Positions 1-12,000 of a stretch of 35,472 nt of DNA are shown one piece after another. Each line of letters opens with the position of its first letter. The first letter of the stretch is position 1. The position numbers and the translations under genes were made by a program. The notes below the pieces were generated by a model, which was given only the letters and a program-made list of their open reading frames with translations, was not told the origin of the DNA and did not search any database. The stretch is from the NCBI GenBank assembly GCA_002633005.1, contig NMRA01000915.1:1-35472 (forward strand). The letters run 5' to 3'. Source of the stretch: Phoronis australis (lineage: Eukaryota > Animalia > Phoronida).

Positions 1-33
1 ATGACCCGAACCATAAGGACCATCCAGCAACAA
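1..33 (-). CDS. DUOX: DUOX exon start ([11 protein letters not shown]), runs off the window
   Basis: tttcag acceptor at 34-39; DGPxG motif follows YPK of the previous exon. Confidence 0.9.
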   Translation of the reverse strand, partial: MLLDGPYGSGH

Positions 34-3000
34 CTGAAACGAAGACTTAATATCTACATGTATGCTTGGAATCTGTAGAGGCATTGGATTTTCTTCGTCG
101 GCTCCGCCGGCTTAAACAGATGACATCACGATGACGATTTCCGGCTTACAACCTTTCAGGGTACAGTTCAGTAGCTGTCTCGCGACTAGAAAAAATTTAC
201 ACAAAATCCCGTGTTTTCATTTAAAATGCACGACAATGTCTCACGTAATCTCGCGAAGTCTTGCTTTTTAGCGAGGTCCTAGCGTAAGTCCTAGCGTTAC
301 TGAACTCTACCCAGATGTCTTACATGGGAAGTCAGTCAAGTGAGTCATGTGAAGGTGTCAATGGCTGACCAAGACTTTTCGATGGATCTGACTATCGCTG
401 TGCCCCCTAGTGGCAGTTTTAATTGTCACATTTGTCTTGGCAATTTTGGATGATATTTGGTGAAGAAGCTTCTATTGTGGAGACAACGCCACCTAGTGGA
501 CATTTTTGTTCTTAAAGGTCTGGCTTTTGTCATCTATTGCTGTATCTGTCAAACTGTTCAGAGGACAATCGGCAGATTTGTTTGGACTGACTAGAACATA
601 AGTGACGTTAATTTTTGGATGTTACAACTAGTGCGGTGCCCCCTAGTGGCATTTATTTTTTCTATTTGTGACTGCATCTCCTAAGCCCCGGAGCGGATCT
701 TTGTGAAATTTGGCACGTGTATTTCCATTAACTTGACAACAGATGAGCAGTTTCAATTACAGCTATGGCTCTCAGCGGAATGCGATTTTTTATGTTTGTC
801 CCTGTATCCACTTCTTTAGCGGATTTTCGTGAAATGTGACAAAAAGTTTGCACACAGGTTTGCTGTATTCTTCGCTACCTAGTGGCTATTCTTAGGATTT
901 TAATTAACATCCTTAGAATCACACCTTTGCAGTGCAGTCGTGGGCTCATTTTATTGCTTTGTGTTGCTGTTATTATAAACATCCATACCCTAAAATTCGT
1001 GTTAAAATGGAATCTGCTCCATTCTTGAGATCCCATCAATGCCAATCTGATTTGAATAAACTTCGAGTGCTCTTCAGTCCGAATACAGCATGAACAAACC
1101 TGCTGACCCTACCTTCGGATACGGTTTCCCGTGCAGGTTCTCCGTATCGAACAAATATCGCAAGTTCCACGTCCATGGACCCACAGATCTTATGTGAAGT
1201 AGCAACGTGTCCTCGTGTGGTGCAGAAGTCAGCGTGAATGGATGGTATTCATTTTTACCTTGCGAGAGACATGCAATGCGAACCCACTGGCCGGACTTGT
1301 ACTCGAAATTGGATGGGCGTTTGAATTCTATGCAGTTGATGTCTAATATTGTAATAAAAGTGTAAAAAAACATGATGAAGAACAAGTGGGAGTTGAGGGT
1401 GAAAAACGCGTTTTAATCACAGGCTAACGCAACACTTTATGAAGCCGAGGTTACACAACTACAGTTGCATGGGTCTGTGGGACCGAAAGTGAGGCCACAA
1501 CTTCTAGAAAATGAAGCAACTGCCTCTCAGAAATGTGTTGCTTAAAAAACCTTACAACAGCTTTCAAAATGATAAACTTGTGAAAAGTTTAAACTGAGCC
1601 TCGTTTGAAACGTATCGAGTTAGTGTTTAAGAAAAGTAAATCGTTCAAACAGTTTTACAACGGGATAGTGATCTTAATTGGAACCTCCCAGGACAAGCAC
1701 ATTTTTACAAATGGAATCACAGCGAGACCTGAAATGCGTTGCATCAGTCATCAGAAACACGTATATGCTGAACATAAAGAAAACTCATTACCAGACGGCA
1801 AGAGTTCTGCCTTGATAACACTAATTTCTATGTTCTTTCGGCTGATGCTAATCAGCTTGTCGATGGTGAAGAGCACAGCCGGTCCAACGAAATAGATGTA
1901 GAACCCCGGAGGTTGTAGCAGTCGTCCAGAGCCATGCAAGAGCAGTAGAATGTACCACGGAATGATTAGTTTGTGCGTGACCCAAAAGGCGGCGAAGATG
2001 TATTGGCGGGAAGTTTGTGTGGCAAAGATGTATATGATAATCATAACTAACGTTGCCAGAAGACCGGTGATTCCTGGAAAAAATAACATTTTCTTTCAAG
2101 AAAGCTGACATGGTTCTTTTTGGGTACGCAAAATAGTGATAAATGAGCCTCATACTGGTCAACACATTTCGAAATGATCAAACTGATTCAACAACTTCAA
2201 GTATTTTTAATGTATAATTATCCAAATTTATAATCGGAAGCTTGTGGCCTTGAATTTTCCGACCCAGGAATACACTAAAGGCATTTCCTTATATTGAAAA
2301 GACCCGGCGTGCGTTCAGTACACGCTAGGACCTACGCTAGGACCTAGCTAAAACCTAGTCAAAGTCACGTGTTCTCGTTAGAAATGCACGGCAATATCTC
2401 CGACACGTAATCTCAGGAAGTCTTGCTTTTTAGCGTGGTCCTAGTGTTACTGAACCGGAGGCTGACTTACCAGTTATCGTCTCATACAGCCAGAACGCAA
2501 AGTTAGGCAGGAAGTTCGATTTGAAGTACATTTCGTTGAACATACAGAGGTGAGAGATGGGTTGAGTGGACAGGTGATAGAAGTTGAAGAAGTGTCCGAC
2601 AACGTGAATCACTGGAATAATCAAAGGAGCTACTCAGGCCCGGTTCAAATGAAGTTAGCGATCTTATGAGATAGAGCGAGAGAAGGGGAACTTTGATTAC
2701 TCCAAAAGTATAACGACTTAAACCAACCTGAGATTACATGAAAATCAACAATTTAAAAGTCAAAAATAATCTTAAGCCAAAAAGCTTGTTTGGTTATGGT
2801 ATATACCCTCTGCTTATTTTGAGACATGCGTTTACCGACCATGGAACGCCCGCCCGCATCAATTTCGGCCAAGCGAATGTTTCGTGTGTGTTTTAAAAAG
2901 CTGCACAAAGGCATATAAACAAGGTTTGTAGCACCATGATTTTCCAAGCGATAAGTGGAAGTAAACGATCCCGCATCATTTTCGGTTGTCTCCGGCGTTG

Positions 3001-6000
3001 GATTTTCTTTTTTTTTAAAAATGAGCAACTGAAAAACATACCGCAGCACCGACTCGACTTTCCGAATAAACAGAGACCAGAACCAACTATGCTTTTTGAC
3101 AGTTCGATACGTTATTGCACCAGACAGGCAAAACCTGAAATATCAAGCTTGCATAATACAGACACGTCACGCAATGCAGCTGTCAAAGGTAAAGTCGCCT
3201 TTAATATGATTTTCTGCAACAATATGTGATTCCATATTTTTCTGAATAGTTTTTACATGTGCAAGTTTAGGCTGTTATGGGAAGTGTATTATGTCAATAA
3301 GAAAACATTTGATCTGGCAATTAAGGAGGGCTTTTGAGCTTAGGAAGAAAGGTGCACGTGCACAGTTGCACTTTTGAGTGTATGAGTGACGTGTCTAACG
3401 GAAAAGTGGGAGATGCGTTATGTCACTTTGTCTGCCAGGAGTGCATTTCAGCTTTCTGAATATGCGTGCGTGCGTGTGACGCTAATAACATTCACCCATA
3501 TGAAATACGTGTAGTTTGATGTTCTTTTACCATATATTTTAATTTTAATCCACATTTTTGACAGTTTTCGTACACTTTTGACAACCCTCTTGCATTAACA
3601 GTGACCGTACAATAACCTTCAGGTTATCACACGGGTATGCAACACGGTTATTGCACGGGTGTATCAAGATGCACGCGGTATAAACGAGGAATACTTGGAC
3701 AATAGATGTTAACTGCTGGAAATGCCACTTGGACAATAGATGTTAACTGCTGGAAATGCCACTTGGCTGTAACTGAGTCGGTGATACATATAGAAAAGTA
3801 ACGTTTCTATGTGAGCATAATTTGACCAAAGGTAAATAAAGGATTTCGGTAATGGTCTGATATTTGAGAACCAGTTTTCTCCACTGAATAACGGGCATCA
3901 AACTGGTTCTCAAAATACGGGCACGTTATATCAGACTATTGCTAGGATTTCGATGAAATACGAAGGGAATTTTGAACGTCGAAAGAAATAAATGGGAATC
4001 GACTCCTACCTTACCTGTAAAAAATAAGCCAGTCCAAGCGACGTTTTTGTGAAAAGCCACGCTGGAGTCGAACGGCACGTAGAGGTTGAGAAAAGTTTCT
4101 CTCAGCCACGTGATCATGTTGCGGCACATCGTCAGCAGGATCAATCCATAACAGAAACCAAGAGCATTAGCGCTCCCTCTTGAGAAAGAAACACCGTATC
4201 CTGTCAGACGTCTAACACCAGTATGCTCTGTTTCAACGGCATAATCTATGGAACAATGAACAAGGTTATTGAAATACCTGTCATTTGCTTTTGACCAGAA
4301 CGAAGGACCAGTAATATGTACGTCAGGAATTGCGATAACTGTTCATCTTTTTCTTGTTCATTATTGTCATCTTAATTTCATAGTGAAATATTCACACGAC
4401 ATACAACTTATGCTCATAAAATGCGTACATGTAGTTGCCAACTTTCAGAAACTACTTTGGGACGGTGAGCTTATTGATTTATGAATTCTTTATTTGTTAT
4501 ATTTGCAACAACGTCTTCATTGGATATTACGCAATGTTACGGTCGGCGATTACTCAGTTGAGGACGACTGGAGAATTAACGACCGAAACGTAGCTCAACA
4601 CCCACATACCAAATAAGCAAACAATGAATCGCTTAATTCTAAGTATTTGTTATTAATGAGGATAGCTTTTAGATTTTACTTACGGTAAAACTTGTCAGCG
4701 AACAATCCAATGCAATTGCCGTAAAAGAGAACGAAATAGAAAATGTATAGTGAAATAGTATAATACGTTTATTTGTATTGAAGGCCTCTGGCCCAAAGTA
4801 CAATAAACAAACAATTAATCAGGCACATTTGCACAAGCAGTCAACCCATTTAAGAGTTGTTATCGTCTTTTAAGGGCAATATACACATATTTAACAGCAG
4901 ATATATCTGGATTAGCGAGCAGAGCAGGCGTATACAGGATTCTTGAGTTGGATGCCTCCATTGAACTTCCTTCATAAAACGTGACCTAAGTTCACAATAT
5001 CCCTTGCAAACCAACAGGAAATGGTATTCATCATCTACAAGACTATCATTGCAAGCCATACAAAATCTACTGTAGTATTCCACTTTCTCGTGTCTACCCA
5101 CTTCCACTTGAAGTCTGTGGTTGGAGCAACGTAAACGAGTGAACGCTTGAGTAAGACTATTGTGTAGCGGTAACTTAAGATATGGTTCAAAACAGTGCAG
5201 AGTCTTAAAGTTACAGTAGAATTTAAGTTTTGCATTATGCTCAATTTCTGATCGCCAACCTTGCTCATAACAGTCATTAACTCTGCGCGAAGAAACTTAA
5301 AAACGAAACTTCGCACGTGACACCTTGATTCAACCAAATTTCATAAAAACCGTATTTTGAAAGCAATTGTCTAACAGAAGATACCCAAGTATTTCTTCCA
5401 TTCCTATCTAAATCAACTAACATGTCATGAGCCGCTTTATCGTATCTAGTAGGTGGCATTTTCAGTAACTTTAGCCAATATTTTACACACGTGACATAAT
5501 ACTTTGAATAGAGCGGATAAATTCCGCATTCACCCAATACAGCTGCGTTTGAGCAAGTTTCCAACTCCAAGAGCAATTTTACAGAATTTAACATAAACAT
5601 TTTCAAGTCATTCATATTCTTTGAATCCCCAGATTTCCGCGCCGTAGCACATAGTTGGCACAACAATTTTATCAAACAGTTCAAGTGATAGGCTCAATGG
5701 TAATTCCGTGCCCCGGTTTCTGATTTTAGAGATGGACATAGCAGCTTTACTACCTTAAAATGCCAGAGTTTTAGTGGCTTTGGACCAAACTAATCTTGGT
5801 GTGAAAAATATTCCAAGATATTTATATTGGGAGACAACCTCCACTACTTGGTTTCCATAATACCACTTCTCATACGCTCTGAGTGGTCCGCCATTTCTAA
5901 AAACAATGACCTTATTTTTTTCAGATTTACACTCATGTCCCAAGAAGAGCAATAAAGGCAATTTAACATTCTTTGCAAATTAATTTGAGTGCTCAAACAC

Positions 6001-9000
6001 AGAACCATGTCATCAGCATACAACAGCGATTTGACGTGCGGAGCCTCTTCATTGATATAAATCCCTCTAATATTTTGGGAATTATCTGGGACTTCGATAA
6101 ATTCGTTCAGATACATGATAAACAATAGTGGGCTGATCATACACCCTTGTCTGGTGCCGACAAAACAGTCAAAAAAGTCGGTTAACCCTTCCCGGGTCCT
6201 AACGCATGAACGTAATTTGCTGTGCATGGATTTCAAGACTAAGTACGTTACCATGGACACCAATTTTTGTAATATATACCAGAGTAGCATGTGGGGAACT
6301 CTGTCAAACGCCTTCGAAAAGTCGACAAAAGCTTAATAAAAGCGACCCCCGGGCTTAGTGACATATTTTTGGCACATGGCCTGAAGCGTAAACGTTTGGT
6401 CCTGAGTGCAATAGCCCTTGCGTAATCCCGCCTGTTATTCACGAAGTTAGTCATTTGCCTCAGCCCAGGTCCTAAGCCGGTTGTTCAAAAGTTTTTATGA
6501 ATAGCTTTCCTACTGCTGACAACAATGAGATAGATACCTCTATAATTGCTCTCATCTTCAGTGTTACCCTGTTTAAATATAGGAACAATTGTTGCGTCAC
6601 AACAGCCCTGTGGGTAGTGACCTGAGTATTTGTTGTTAATGATGATAGCTTCTAGATTTTACTCACGGTAAAACTTGTCAGCGAACAATCCAATGCAAAT
6701 GCCGTAAAAGAGAACCAAATAGAAAATGTGTTGGTTATGGTTCTCTATAAAGTGAAGAAACCAGTTGCGTTTGGCGCAAACGGGGTTGTACTTCTCACGA
6801 ATTCCGTTTGCCCTCATGGTACTGAAACAAAGTTACAAAAATATCAGCCAAAATCAAGGTAGGCCTATTAGTCTTTGTACGTTGTGTTGTTTGGTTTCTA
6901 ATAAGCTTATATCAGTGTTAAAACGCATAAACCTCAAAGAAACTATGAGTACTAGCTTTTTTCACAATCACTAAGAACATATTTACCCTTGACAGTTTCG
7001 GCTCCTATCAGCAGTTATCTTCCGAAGTTATCTGACCCTAGGTGGCGTGGTGATCAGGTCTATAGCCTCCATCGTCCTTGTTCATGGCTGATCTGGAAAA
7101 GCCTGATCACCACGCCACCTAGTGCCCAATAACTTCGGAAGTTGTCTGCTGATGGGAGCCGAAGCTATCAAGGGTAAATATATTCTTACTAGTTATGAAA
7201 AAGAAACTTCTACTCATCTACTCTACCAACCTTATAAAAAGATTTAGTGATACTCGAAGAAACTACATTTCTATTTAGACACATTGTGGCTATGAAATTG
7301 GTCTCAACTTGTCCTTTACTCAGATGAGAAGTGATTTGAATTGACAGTTCGTCATTTTTCGAAGCCTCGCGAATCAACTTTCATTCAGCAGTAATGACCA
7401 ATCACTTCTATCCAAGCCTAGAGAAAGCACCTATTTTAAATCGGAAATAACTTGAAGACAATTTCGTAACAATAAGTGGTCTAGATACACATGCAAAATT
7501 GTTAGGATTTGTGACGAACAGTAGGTCTGTAGCCACTATATATATATATTTTTTTTTTTAAATTAGCTTGTATAATCCAACGGCTGCTATGTGTTGTTTC
7601 AATAAATAAATAAAGTAACATTTTTTCCACGAAGGTTCGGCTTCCATCACAAGACGCAATATTATCGCACCTTTGAACAGCTATGTCGTTTGGTTTGTTC
7701 GCAGGCTCCCTCGGTCCTCGTTTGGTTACACTTGAAGTCGACGATGACGAAGACGAGCTGATTCTTCTGTCACGTTTAGTGGGTGGACGTGTTTTGACTT
7801 CCTTTTTCAACCCTTTCCAGTCCAGTCTCATCGACTGCATATGGCCTGACATCAATTTCTGAAAGCCTTCAAAATTTATGGCACGCGACGGGTCTACACC
7901 GGCCGCCTCGTACAAAGAGTCGATGATTTTGTTCGTCTCCTCTACGCCCATGTTAGTATTCGCCATTTCTGTCAACGACCTTTTTAAAACATAATGATGC
8001 CATTAACCACTTCTTTATTCATCAAATGTTTCAGATTTATTTACTTGTGAAAATGCTTTACACGAACTAATTTTCAATACCGGAGTCCGTCACAGATTTT
8101 GAAGAACGCTATGCCTCATATACCCAAAGAGATTTTTGAAATGCCATTTGTTAGGTTTGTGTTTACGAGTGGAGACGTACCTTTGTTACTTGTGCTGCTG
8201 ATGCAACAATAAGAAATAAATCAAAGCATTCCAAACAGTTTCACTTTCTTTTACTCACCCAATACAAGACGTCGAGGAAAGAGACAAAATTATTCACCAC
8301 ATTTTTTAAGATTCATTCCTTGACCATTTGTTTACTAAAACAATTTATGCAATTTATCTCAGGAACTAGGAGTTACGAGTATATTGTCAAAGACCTTGTG
8401 ATTTTACTTAAGTGACATTTAATAATTTTCAGAAATAGTTACGTGAAGCGTAAGACCAAATTTCTGTCTTAGTCTTACATCACTTTCGTGGAAGAGATCT
8501 CAGGCCAAGTTATGCGCACTTTTCTCACATAGGTAACTACCTCTTAATGCATCATTCTTTCACAGGACCACTACAGCAGAGATACCAAAGTGAAAGAAGG
8601 TATTTTGAGGTAAGACCTCAGCCTAGATATTTCCTTACCAGTACTACCTTTCGTGGCATTGTTTTATTTTTACCACTATCCGCATGAATTGGTACTATGT
8701 CGACTTGCTAGGCAGTAGACATAGTAAAATACTCCTTCCATAAATATTTCGCAGTAATACAGTGGAAAACCTACTTTAACAAACCCTTTAGTTCTCCTTT
8801 TCCAAGACTACCATCATTGTCACGATCGTACATTTTGAAGAGAAGTTGCAGTCTGGTCTCCTCTGAACCTAAAATGCGAAAGGCTGATTAACAATTCATA
8901 ATTATATACCTCAATGGTGCTGTGCAATAGTTTGAACCGTTCTGACGTACGTCCATTCGCGAAACTTGTTTCTGCGTCGAAAGTTCTAATGTGTCCACAA

Positions 9001-12000
9001 AATTAGAAGTTGTGATGTCTATTCCTCTCTAGCACAAATCTAGAACAGTCACATAACCTTTGTAATTTTCTCATGAAAAGTAAACATTGTAAATCACAAA
9101 GTGTACCTTTGGAAAACAGCGCCACGGCGTATAATAACTCTCGGAATGAGATATACCCGTTCTTGTCCTTATCCAGTAGGTCAAACATCAACTCCACGAA
9201 AGAGGAGTCTGGTTTAAGCGACAAAGACTCGGCGAATTCAGCCTGCAGACAAGTGTAAAACAAATGCAACTTGTCATTGCCATTAGAAAAACGACAACAT
9301 GTATTCAAAAAGTTGAAGGTCATTGATATATTAAATGATAAAGACATACTCAATAGATGAGAAGCTATAAATGATATTTGGAAAGATGGCATAAAAAGTG
9401 TACAGCAGTTACTTCATACAATCGAAAACAAGTGAAATAACTTTTCTTACTTTTGAAAGCTTAAAATCCATAATCTCTTGTGCCTTTTCACGTCCCTCGC
9501 TAAGAGTAAATGTGCCGTCGACCTCGTCATACGTCTCGATCTGAAAGAAAATCGGACTAAGACTGATAAGTCGTTCTTTGGCTATAAAAAGGTATCGGAG
9601 TGTTATCGGATTTATTGATAAGACTAAGGCATATAGATTATGTGCATATTGCAAAAACCTCAGTTATTAATTAAAGAATTGATTCTTTTGCTTACACTAA
9701 AAATAAACCGATTCCTGTTCTACTGATCAGGAAATTCTGTAAACATCTCTAGCGGTATCGTAATCCAAGAATGTGCCAGATATCAAACAGAATTCTGATC
9801 CCGAGAAGTTTTCCTAAAACCACTGTCATTCTTCTGACACGGACAAAAAATTCTGGACTACTAATATTTCTCGTCGCATTCGATTGACATATTTGTGACT
9901 CGCCTTTGCGGTGCGACGAGGGCCAATTGATTGCGTCATTTTATTTTACTTCGAGAACTAGTCGACTGAAAAGATGATACACGCGGAGACTCCCTTTCAA
10001 GCGACTCATTTGTATTATATGTACATTTGACTGGGTTCCTCCTTGCCATTCCCAGAAAACAAAGCACTCCAATGGAAACCAAGTACCAACCTCGGCAAAA
10101 ACACTCTTGAAAAACTTCTCCAAAAGCATCTGCCTTTTAATCTTCGTGTTGGCTTGTTTGCGCAAGGACTTGCGACTTCCCATGTGGCACGTGACCTGTT
10201 TTCCGCTCTTTTCCAAGAACTCCTTTAGAATCGTAAGAAATTCCTGGCGCATTTCGTAGCTACTGAATTCAATCACCTGAAACAGTTACAGTTTTGAAGT
10301 AGAATTTACGTGCACAATGTATAGTACAAGAATTTACAATTCACGTGCCGGTGAACTGGAGCATCCCAGTTAACTTGAAATCGTGATCAGATTTAAAAAG
10401 CACTTTGCGATGTCCCACGACTTATAGGGACGGAAAGTGATTACTGCTCCAAATTGTAGACAACCCGTGGCCTATTCCTTGCACTAGCCTACTTATTCAG
10501 ACCGGCAAAATACAAGAAAACTAACTTAAAATTTGAAGCTCGTGCCATAGCATTGTGAGCCGCATATTAGCATATTAACCACGTGTGCTCTAAAACCGAG
10601 TTGAACTGGTGATTTTCTAGTTGAACTTTGACCTCATGTAACTTCCACAAAAGTGGCATGGGTTAGAATCAAGATGGCGTAATATCTTAGACTAAGGTGA
10701 CGTCACACCTTCCGGCACTATCACATGCCCGCCTGAAGTAATCCAATGGGTCGATGGACCCTCGAATAGGCACCACTTATAGTGGTGGGATCGCCACCAC
10801 CGTGGTTAAAATTTTTACAGTACTTTCAACTTATTATCGTCAGGGTTTTTTATTTTTTGGTGAACGTTAACGTTAAAAATTCCAGCCATTGGGCTGAAGA
10901 AGAATCTTACCAAGTCGTATTCCTTTGGTACATAGAGTAGTAACGTAGTTCTCTTGGCGTCACCGTTAATACCTATGAGAACGGTGTCTGTATTTCGAAA
11001 GCTCAGCTCTCGGTAGAGCTTTCCGGAGGGGCTGTTAACCGTAAGGACCAAATTGTCTTCGCTCTCCAAGCGAATTTCGACTGTTCGTGTGTTTTCGCCT
11101 ATTCCAAGCCATTCGGTAGCTATAAATGTATCCATCGTTATTAATATCATCCAAATTTTCGTTATTTTCCTCTTCTTCCGCGATAGTAAGCAAAGCAAGT
11201 TAAAAGCGGATCAAAATTCAAATCTGGCTTTCAAAAACAGAAATATAAAAACACTACAGTCAATTAGGCGTGTTGTACATAGTCATGTAGAGCCCTAGAA
11301 AAATGTCCGAAATTTGTAAAATTTGCAACACCATAGCTCAAAATGACTGATCGAATTTATATGAAACTTTCGCATGCCAGGATTTATGCACTGTTCTCTA
11401 AACCTCTGTTACGAATTGCTTTTGAAATGATGTACTTTTGCACGAGGGTTATCAAGAATAAAACTTCTAAGATTTTTATGAAAAAAATCAATAATAATGC
11501 ACGAAACAAAATGATAAATTAGAAAGCTGTAAAAACATTTTCGAGTTTTCATCATGAACATTTATATCAATTGAAATTCAGTAATTGATGGACTTGTTTT
11601 GCTATGGGTGGACGTTTTTTTTGCTACATTTTACTAAAATACATGGTCACGTGACCCAATTAATGCTAGATTGTTATAAATTTAAACAACAATTTTTTCA
11701 TGCTTTCTACTTTTCTGTGTTAAATTCTATTGTTTTGCAGATATTTGGCTAATTAAAAGGACTAGTCGATAAGGTCCTGTATAACCTTAAAGATACAATA
11801 GCCGTTGATACAAAACGGATAGTGAAGATTGGACCGTCGTGACTTTTGTGTTGTTTCAAGCCTCCACCAGAGTCGTTGCGATCTTTCTTAACTTGTAAGA
11901 CTCGAAAGGGCTCAATCGCCACCTGATATATTTTCTCTTAGCCGCTAACGCTCGGGTTTTGACATTCTATAGGAATGTTTAGCATGACGTCATTATGACG

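Noticed and set aside
4540-4600. Hammerhead-like TTGAGGA...GAAAC
   Set aside because: Core deviates from CUGANGA and stem II is not convincing
4684-4746. Mutually exclusive alternative DUOX exon
   Set aside because: Only the 3' 63 nt are duplicated and there is no adjacent AG acceptor; a TSD explains it better
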